Assembly (NCBI GenBank): GCA_951406725.2 | Contig: OX597823.1 | Coordinates: forward strand, 114,204,001 to 114,268,000 | Source of the DNA: Octopus vulgaris | Lineage: Eukaryota | Length of the DNA: 64,000 nt | Reading direction: 5' to 3' | Shown: positions 54,705-64,000 of the stretch, one piece after another | Numbering within the stretch: position 1 is the stretch's first letter | Layout of the letters: the number at the start of each line of letters is the position of its first letter | The notes under the pieces: model-generated | Database searches by the model: none | The model's input: only the letters and a program-made list of their open reading frames with translations | What the model was told of the DNA's origin: nothing | Made by a program: the position numbers and the translations under genes

Positions 54705-55126
54705 GTACTCTTTTTACTCTTTCACTTGTTTCAGTCATTTGACTGTGGCCATGCTGGAGCACCGCCTTTAGTCGAGCAAATTGACCCCCAGGACTTAATC
54801 TTTGTAAGCCTAGTACTTATTCTATCGGTCTCTTTTGCCGAACTGCTAAGTTACGGGGACATAATCACACCAGCATTGGTTGTCAAGAGATGTTTTTTTT
54901 TGGGGGGGGGACAAACACAGACACACAAATATATACACACACATACACATATATATATACATATATACGACAAGCTTCTTTCAGTTTCCGTCTACCAAAT
55001 CCACTCACAAGGCTTTGGTCGGCCCTAGGCTATAGTAGAAGACATTTGCCCAGGGTGCCACTGCCCCCTGAACCCGGAACCATGTGATTCGTAAGGAAGC
55101 TAGTTACCACACAGCCACTCCTGCGC
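54705..55126 (-). mobile_element. SINE family B, full length
   Basis: Reverse complement of the 41428 family. Confidence 0.9.
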
Positions 55127-56714
55127 TTAATTATTTTGGAACTTATTAATTGTATGCCTGCCTGAAATACCTGTTTCTTGCAATTTTTAGTTGAAGGAAA
55201 ATTCAAAGTGAAAATATTTAATCTTTTGGCTTACATCGGTATGGCTCCTGTCTTTCAGAAATACTTAACCACGTAACTTCCAATACATTTTTTTCTTGCA
55301 AAATGTAACTACAACATGTGCATGTATGTGCATATGTGTGTGGCTAGCTGTGAGTGTATATATCAGTGTGTATATATTGTTCTCGGTTATTCTCAATATT
55401 TTATAATCACGGCTATCACCGTGATGACGGAGTTTGATCTCGTTTCATTCTTCCATTTCCATTATTCCTCTATCTTCAGCGATAGTGGAAACTAGAAATG
55501 TTATATATGAGATATGAAAGATGTTAGTTAGAGCCATCCTATCAAAAAATTACAGTTTCCATGAAATATCATTGCATCTTTCTTCAATTTTCGACTTAGC
55601 ATATTACGAATGTATTGTTGTTGTGGTTGTTGTCCTTCTTATCCTCTGCGTGTATATATTTCCTTCTATTTTGATCATGTTTTATTAAGAATGATCTGGT
55701 TTTCTTTTGTTTTGCTTTTCTATCTTTCTTCGGTCCTTTCTTTGTTTCTTTGCTTATTCTTTTTCTCTTCAATTTTCTTTCGTGTTTGGGAAATAATGGC
55801 ATTTGCTTTTGATTCCAGGAATATTATGTGTTATCTTTAATTTCGGAGTTGCATTATTTATTTTTTTATTTCATTCGTCTTTTATACTTGTTTGCCTTTT
55901 TTTTTAATCATGGAACTGTAAAGTTCTAGAGAGGTCTGGTATTGACTAGTTAATTATATATTTATATATTTATAGATATATCAAAGCAAAAGGTAGTGTT
56001 GTCCGAATTCTCATCTTCAATGATATGTATAAAATAATAGAATGGTGAATTGTATTTTGTGTTTTTCTGTTCCGTTGCTCTTTTGTATTTGTTATTATCT
56101 TTTCACCATTGTCTCCATTTCCTTGGGTTTACATGACAGAAATATCAATCTAGTTCTTCATTTTTTTTATAAATATATAATGTATCTGATAAAAGAAATG
56201 ATATAATGCCATAAAAAAAATCGAATATATCATTCACATTATATGATATGCTAATAAGAAAACGTTAATGAGAAATAAATGCCATTTATAATATGAAGAC
56301 GGTGAAATGAATATCTTACGGTACATTAAGTTCATTTAAGAATCAAGTAATGTCAGCTGAAGTCGAAACCGGATCGTGAACTCCATTTGTAAAACACTTC
56401 TATTGCATCACGATGCGATTTTGGGGATTCAATGGAGCGGAGAACAAAATAATCTTGATAATTATGTGCAGTTCATTATGATGTGAGTTCAAATTTCAGT
56501 GAAGCTCATTATTCGTTTTATTCTTCCTAAGTCGATAAAATACTTATAAGTAAAATCTTTGTTAACGTTAATAGAGTAGGAATCAAAGAGTTTTTGATTC
56601 ATTATGGTCCTACCTCTAAGCTAGCAAACGCTTTTCTACTTGTTTCGTGCACATCAGATGTACCCAAACCTATGTATGTATATATATATATATATGTATG
56701 TATATATGTATGTT

Positions 56715-57275
56715 TTTGTGTCTGTGTTTGTCCCCACACCATCGCTTAACAACCGATGCTGGTGTGTTTACGTCCACTTAAGTTAGCGGTTCCGCAAAAG
56801 AGATCGAGAGAATATGTACAAGGCTTACAAAGAATAGGTTCTGGAGTTGATTTTTCCGACTAAAGGCGCTGTTCCAGCATGGCCGCAGTCAAATGACTGA
56901 AACAAATAAAAGAGTAAAAGAGTAAATGAATACGTAACTATTCTTGCTTCCCAGCCGCATGGTTCCTAATTCAGTGCTTGGCACCCTGAGTCAGTGTCTT
57001 CTACTATACCCTCGGGCCGATCACAGCCTTGTGAGTGGATTTGATAGACGGAAACTGAAAGAAGCCCGATGTATATGTGCGTGCGTATGTGTATGTACCT
57101 ATGTATGTATGTATTTCTGAATCTGTGTTTATGTCCCCGTAACCTAACAGTTCGTCTTAAGAGACCGATAGAATAAGTACTAAGCTAACAAAGAATAAGT
57201 CCTGGGGTCGATTTGTTCAACTAAAGGCGGTGCTCCAGCATGGCCACAGTCAAATGCCTGAAACAAGTAAGAGAA
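56715..57275 (+). mobile_element. Two tandem SINE family B copies
   Basis: 3' half at 56715-56925, followed by a near-full copy at 56935-57275. Confidence 0.85.
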
Positions 57276-58077
57276 TGAAATAATAAAGGAATACTGTCCG
57301 TTTAATTTACGTAGAAAGAAAGACCACCAAATATTTGTTCATTTTCTGAGCTTAAATATATCGATCAGTTGAACTTTTAAAGAAGATTTACATCAGAGGT
57401 ATAATTGGTTGCTACTTCTAGCTAATCAAAGGGTTCTTGTTTAGCTGTAGTGAATTCCGGACATGACTTTCCACCTTTCGTTTTCCAGAAGAGTTTATCC
57501 TGGACCATTATCTTTATGCAATGTTTCGTGTTAAAATACAGCAGAGTGTGACATAAGACTGATTTAGCTACCATATCTAGCATATTGAGAGACAGAACAT
57601 AGGCGCCATTCGATACCTTGTCGATAATTATATTAATCTCTATGGTTGTAGGTGGCAAAATCAGTGCGTGCTGAGAAATATATCTTGCGATGCTAAATGT
57701 TCAGTTTAAATTATCCCGGAATCAATTTTAACTTTCCATGTAACTATTCTGCATTTTAATAGACAACACGTGATGCATATATTTCATTGTCTGTGTATGT
57801 GTGTATGTCAGTCTGTGTGTGTGTACATGTATGTATGCAAGGGTGATGGTGAGACAAGGAAGTGTTTCAGCAAGTACCACAAAATAAATGTAGATATAAA
57901 CCTTTGAAAATGTTCTTAATTATTTTTTTTTTATTTTGTAATGTTACAGTATGTTAATCTTCATGGATTTCCTCAAGCTGCTTCAAGGTTCTCTTTTTGA
58001 TAACACGAAGATCGTAACAGGCTGGCTATTCGTCGACGTGTGTGGTCTTTCTCTTTTTAATAATGCGTATGACGATA

Positions 58078-58468
58078 GGCGGCGAGCTGGCAGAATCGTT
58101 AGCACGCCGGGCAAAATGCTTAGCGGTATTTCATCTGCCGTTACTTTGTGAGTTCAAATTCCGCCGAGGTCGACTTTGCCTTTCATCCTTTCGGGGTCGA
58201 TAAATTAAGTACCAGTTGCGCACTGGGTCGATGTAATCGACTTAATCCGTTTGTCTGTCCTTGTTTGTCCCCTCTACGTTTAGCCTCTTGTGGGTAATAA
58301 AGAAATAGGTAAATCGTCTTTCGCTACGTTCTGAGTTCAAATTCCGCCGAGGTCGACTTTGCCTTTCATCATTTCGGGGTCGATGGTGTCGATCTAATCG
58401 ACTTAATCCGTTTGTCTGTCCTTGTTTGTCCCCTCTGAGTTTAACCCTTTGTGGCCAATAAGGAAATG
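58078..58468 (+). mobile_element. SINE family A tandem partial dimer
   Basis: Full copy 58078-58308 followed by a 5'-truncated, internally deleted copy. Confidence 0.88.
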
Positions 58469-58959
58469 AATATTGAGAATGACGATCCTTGCTTATTAGC
58501 AAGTAATGATTGCTGTCGGCTGTGGCTGGCGCTTTTATCTAGACGTCCTTAGTGTACGTCATTTATCGACCGAGCACCTGTAGATTTTATTGCATCGCTC
58601 AGTGTTGGAATATTCGATATCTATCTCCTTCCATCTCTTTTTCTAATTTGGCTGCTACCTAGAGATAAACTTTTGGCGCCCGTTGTATGATGAGAACATA
58701 TTGTAGGATATCAAATTCAACGCCAATTCCTTACTTACTATGAAAACTGTGCCAGAACATTCTTTCGCACCCTCTGCCTTTCTCAGTCACTTGAGACCCC
58801 CGCCCGTACATTTCACATGTAGTTCTTTCTTTCGACATGTTTCCCCAGTTTCCATCACTTCATATTAGAATTTCATTCCGTCTTCCATTTGATGGGCCAC
58901 ACCGGTTTTCCTTGCCAATGACTCAGGGATATACGACAAGTCATCTTTCGTCAGGATAT

Positions 58960-59325
58960 TGCTCCAGTATACAATGCCTGCTGTGAGACTGTTATTGGCT
59001 TTAATGACTGCTGTGAGACCGTTATTTTGAACTCGTTCATCACTCTCACAATTCTTCTGATTTGGCCGACTTCTAACAATCGTCTGTTCCCCTAACATGA
59101 AAAAAACACTTGGCTGGGAAACCAGTGTGGCAGTGGTGACGACGTCGTACCTGCTGTTAATTTTTTTGTGTAACAGAATGAAAGCCTCTTCGCCAATGTG
59201 ATCCAAGCACTACAACATCGATAGGAGAAGTGAGTGGATCGCTAGTGAGACTATGAGGAAAAGTAAAATTCATTTGTTTACACTGCATGGTCAGCTTAAC
59301 CAACTTTTCAGTCATGTCTCGTACA
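58960..59325 (+). mobile_element. Mariner transposase 3' remnant (second family)
   Basis: Plus-strand SSDLA...LFPNMKK.LAG...DDVV...IQALQHR*EK*VD...DYEEK*. Confidence 0.7.
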
Positions 59326-59329
59326 TATA

Positions 59330-60400
59330 TATCAGGTTGTTCTGAACGTTTTAATGCTAAATCTTTTAACGCTTCATTGAGCACACCTGAAACGTAACAC
59401 AGTTAAAAGTATAGCGTTGCTTGACGTGGTAGTGTATCTCTTCTTTGTTCCTGACTAAAAATAGATTCGTCTTTCATTCTAGTTACCCTTTGTTGACATT
59501 TGAAACGGATAGCCAAAGATTTTATATTCGCGTTGTGATGCTTCTCTTTTTTTAAAAAGGGAGAAAATACTGCAAAGACTTGCAGAAACATTTGCAAAGT
59601 TTATGGTGATGGTGCTGTAGGTGATTTGACTTTTCGAAGGTGGTTTGCAAAATTTAAAGCTGCAGAGTTTATCTTGGAAGATGATAGTCGCAGTGGAAGA
59701 CGTTCAAAATTGGATGAAGATGTTTTGAAAGCAAAAATCGAAGAAAACTCAGCTATCACAATTTGCAGAGGAGCTGGAAGATTATAAAAGTACGGCTCAT
59801 AAACACTAGTGTAGCTAGGATACTTTCTCGCTATAATATATGGGTCCCTCACAAACTCTCAGAAAAGAATTGCTTGGACCGTTATTCCGTTCGTGTTATG
59901 CTTTTGAAACGGAATGAAAGACTATGAATTCTGATGTGTACTGCCGTCAGTTGGAGAATTTGAGCAAAAAAAAAACAAAAAAAAACAGAGAATTGAGGCC
60001 GGAGATTGCCATAAGGAAAAGGGTAGTGTTCCAACAAGACAATGCCCGACCGCATGTGTTTTTTAGCTTCCCGAACAAAGTTACATGAACTTGGTTGGAA
60101 TCTCTTACCCCATCCACTAAATTCTCCTGACATTGTACCATTCGACTACCATTTGGTTTTGTCTCTACAGAACTCATTGCAAGGAAAAACGTTTGATGAT
60201 TTAGATGGAGTCAAAATGCATCTAGATAACTATTTTTCTTCAAAACCAGTCCAAGTTTATGCTGATGGAATGTTTAAATTGCCCGATAGATATGCAAAGC
60301 TTATAAATAATAATGGAAATTATTTCATTGAATAAAACTTATTGAATGGTCAATTACATATATCTTTATTTTATATTGAAATACGACCAGGACTATGATA
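59330..60400 (+). pseudogene. Mariner element with internally deleted, frameshifted transposase
   Basis: ICKVYGDGAV...RRWFAKFK...LEDDSRSGR, WVPHKL, FQQDNARPH, HPLNSPDIVPFDYHL...GNYFIE*. The region containing the first catalytic Asp is missing. Confidence 0.92.
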
Positions 60401-61999
60401 TATGTATATAGGGGGTCAGCCAAGTCTTTTAAATATGTATATATATATATATGGGGGCACTCAGGTCTTTTAAGTGTTTGTTGTTCTATGGGATTTAATC
60501 CGACCAGATGTGTGTATGTGTGTGTGTGTCTCTGTGTGTCTCTGCGTTTGTGTCTGTGTGTGTCTGCGCGCCACGTGTGTGTGTGAGGTTTTATACACAG
60601 TGCAGTGAAAAAAAGGAAAGCTATATTTCACTGGCTCTAAGAGAAGTTAAACTAGAAATTTTAAAACTTGCAATATGGAATTCTAAATTAAGTTTTATGC
60701 ACATTCTTATTTTTTTATAGCTAGAATTGCGACACGATTCGAGTTTCACTGCAAAATCATTGAAAGCTTTTGATAGTATTAAAGCTAAATATAACTTATA
60801 CGTTTATATATCGAACAAAACACAATTCCATTATATATTACACTAATACCATGTACAAAAGGATCACTTTGCGAACTTAAAATTCATTACATCATTTCTC
60901 TACAGTAGTTCTGTCTTTTCGCTGGCCCAAAAGCGTTCGTTTGGCAAGATCATTTGAACTCCAGACAAATATACTATTGTGCTATTTCTTTGGGTAGTGA
61001 GAACTGAGATTTGGTTTTATTCTCCGTTCTTCTCTTTCTCTTTCTCTTTCTCTCGTAAACAACGAGTCTTTTGTTCACCACTCCTGATACAAAATCAAAT
61101 AAAATATAAATAACTAAAACTACAACAGAATGGCAACCTAGTACAATTGTAGTAAAGTAAACCCAAAAAGAATATCTGCTGCCAGTTGCAATATATTTCT
61201 TTATCAATTATGAATTAAAGCTTTTTTTTTTTGTATTTTATATTTTTCAATAAATTGTTATTAATTTACAAAAATGCAGCAGTAAATATCAATATGTTAG
61301 AATTAATTTCTTTTTATGTAGATATACTAGGAGATTAGTGATTGTATATGTTTGTGCATTTGTAAGAGCTTATGCACACGTAGGTTATCTATAGATATAT
61401 GTAACGCTTGTGTGTGTAAATGCAACTGCAAGGCTTGCAAGAAGCACAAACCAGAGTACATGTGACCTGGTGAATCATTCAAATTGAAATAAGGAGAGAA
61501 AGATGGAGAAATTCAAGAGCTCCATTCAATATAAATGTGTAACAGTTTTGGGAATGGTAAGATTGAATTGCAGAGGAGTGGATAAAGCGGAGCGAAAATT
61601 GTATACATAATAATGTGTGTGTGGTGATGTTGGTGTTGGAGTTGGGGAATCATATTTATGTTGTGAATGTGAGTGATGGGAGTGCCTGATTCTATGAACG
61701 ATATAAGACATTAGATGCATCATAAATAGGCGAATGAATTTGGTTTCGTTAAAGTGCAAAGGAAAATAGTTGCACAACTAACCATTTTGCTGTCAATATA
61801 TCTGTTTCCTTATATATGTGTGTATGTATGAGTATGAGTGTGTGTAGATAAATATATGCATATATATATATATATATATATATAAATATAATATATATAT
61901 TTACATATATAAATAGGCGTATAAAATGTGTTTATATATATATATACATATATATACATACACACATATATGAATATATATGCATACATGTATATATAA

Positions 62000-62069
<70 letters not shown>

Positions 62070-62811
62070 TACATGCGTATACATGTATATGTGCATAACA
62101 TTTTGTATGCGTGTATTTATAATCATATATTATTAGTGTAGGAATGCGTCTGGGTACGGATACATGTATATGCTTCTATATATACGTGTGTGTGTGTGTG
62201 TCTATTTATATGGATGAATGCATGTATGTGTTCGGACGTATGTCAGTATGTATGTATCTATGCATCTATATATGTACCTGTGTAAGCTTGTATGCAGGTA
62301 CGTATGGACGTACGATTCAGGGGTTATATAATCACAAGTTAGCACCTATTATTAAAAGGGCTCAAGACGTTTATGTGCACGGAATTAATATTTATAGCTT
62401 AAATAATATTACACCGTTCTGGGGATATATTACAAACGAAACAATTGTGTGCCTGTATATGTGTGTAGTGTGTGTGTGTGCGTGCGTGTTTGTATGTGTG
62501 CAGCTCTGTGTGCGCTCGTGTGGGTGGAAATAGAGAATACAGGAACAAACGAGGTATTAATATGTTATCAAGAATCTTTTGCCTAACTCGTGTCTCTTTG
62601 TGGTATGTTGTGAATCACGTGTCTCAGAAATTCAGGATATTATCAAACACGCCATAGTCAATGTCTTCTATGTTGATGAGTGAGCAGAACATTTCGTTTT
62701 ATAACCGAATATAAGCATTAGTGCCTCTGTGTGTGTGTGTGTATGCGTGTGTGTGTGTGTGTGTGTTATGAGTGTAGGAATGCGTCTGGGTACGGATACA
62801 TGTATGTGTCT

Positions 62812-63032
62812 CGGCAGAAGCGTTAGCACGCCGGGCGAAATGTGTAGCCGTATTTCGTCTGCCGTTACGTTCTGAGTTCAAATTCCGCCGAGGTCGACTT
62901 TGCCTTTCATCCTTTCGGGGTCGATAAATTAGGTACCAGTTACGCACTGGGGTCGATGTAATCGACTTATTCCCTTTGTCTGTCCTTGTTTGTCCCCTCT
63001 GTGTTTAGCCCCTTGTGGGTAGTAAAGAAATA
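62812..63032 (+). mobile_element. SINE family A, slightly 5'-truncated
   Basis: Family consensus. Confidence 0.9.
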
Positions 63033-63100
63033 CATATATATAAGCATCAGTGCCTATATAAGCATTAATGCATGAGGAGTATGCAGGTTACGTGTGCGCT

Positions 63101-63444
63101 TTTATTAACTCCGCCTTAGCGGAGGCAGAGGCATTGTTTCCAGTCGTGTTTGTTTGTTTGCTTGTCCGTGGACATGATATCTCAAGAACCACTGGATGGA
63201 TTCGGATGAAACTTTCAAGGATCTTTGACCTTGTGACTGGCACGAACTGATTAAAGTTTGGAATCGATTCGGTACCGGACAAGGATTCTTGAGAGCGGAT
63301 GGGTTTAATTTGAGTATTCCCGTTTCTAATAGCAATCAAGTTTATTTCATGTATTCTCGTTTTGAATATCATCTCCAGCTAATCGTTGAGAGGACGTTGG
63401 TGTTGCCTTGGCGGCTGTTTGCGCTCTTGGAGTGCTCTTCTTGT
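63101..63444 (+). mobile_element. Helentron-associated non-autonomous element (HINE/DINE-1-like)
   Basis: T-run start, subterminal inverted repeat ccgcc(ttag) / (ccttg)gcgg, (GTTT)n tract, gatgaaactt core and 3' hairpin gcgctc-ttg-gagtgc. Confidence 0.75.
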
Positions 63445-63784
63445 AGATGTTTCGCCTTTGTATAAATTTTAAAGCGTGTGTTTACGTATGTATATGTATT
63501 TATCGGAGGATGTATATGTAAATTAAACAGTTTCTTTTTATATATAACACAGTGTATATCGATTCATGAAATATTCATAATGCTAACAAATCTTCACTTA
63601 TACACTTGAAATTCTTAGGTATGCCAACTGAAAACGATATGAAACGCTGTTAAGTCAACAAGAACGGCACTGGTTCTATGCTTCATGGGTTATTTCCCTT
63701 CTCTAGCGAAAATGTGATTTTGGTTTTGTTACTCTTAATATAAACTCCTATATAATGCTGTAACGTATCAGAGCATCGTTGTTG

Positions 63785-64000
63785 TTTGTTTGTTCCTTCT
63801 CGAACCATGCTTGGCTCATAAAAGCCGGTTTCCCGGTTTCCTTGGCATATAGGTTCCCCACTTAGACGGGATGCCGGTCCGTCGCAGGTGAGCTGCTATA
63901 TGCAGGAGGAAAGAGTGAGAGAATGTTGTGGCGAAAGAATCAGCAGAAGTTTCGACATTACCTTCTGCCGTAGCTACGTGGAACTTAGGTGCTTCGCTAA
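63785..64000 (-). mobile_element. SINE 3' part (family C-related body, V-like tail), runs off the window
   Basis: The reverse complement has acacctaag.tccacg, cctgcgacggaccggcatcccgtc and an (AAAC)n tail. Confidence 0.7.

Noticed and set aside
60601-60753. 10-bp inverted repeat tgcagtgaaa/tttcactgca as a MITE
   Set aside because: Short, no TSD and no second copy in the window.
60974-61084. Strong minus-strand acceptor at about 61084
   Set aside because: All frames stop within about 110 nt, there is no clear donor and no recognisable product.

Overview
AT-rich, microsatellite-dense metazoan DNA. The SINE families strongly resemble those of Octopus (my recognition, not a database result). No intact protein-coding gene is present, and almost all ORFs in the track are microsatellite or antisense artefacts. 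The window is a transposon mosaic: several tRNA-derived SINE families, decayed non-LTR retrotransposons (L1/Tx1, R4/Dong, CRE, Penelope), DNA transposon remnants (mariner, Tc1, rosa-like foldback, Tigger, hAT) and Helitron/Helentron-type non-autonomous elements. The most notable structure is at 4609-5402. It is a non-coding 357-bp monomer present as one inverted copy plus about 1.2 tandem copies. Each copy carries a minimal type I hammerhead-ribozyme motif at the tip of a long predicted rod, making it a candidate Penelope-dependent retrozyme or circular-RNA element. Two further degenerate hammerheads lie in probable Penelope terminal repeats. A few weakly supported minus-strand exons suggest the region may be intronic to a large gene.
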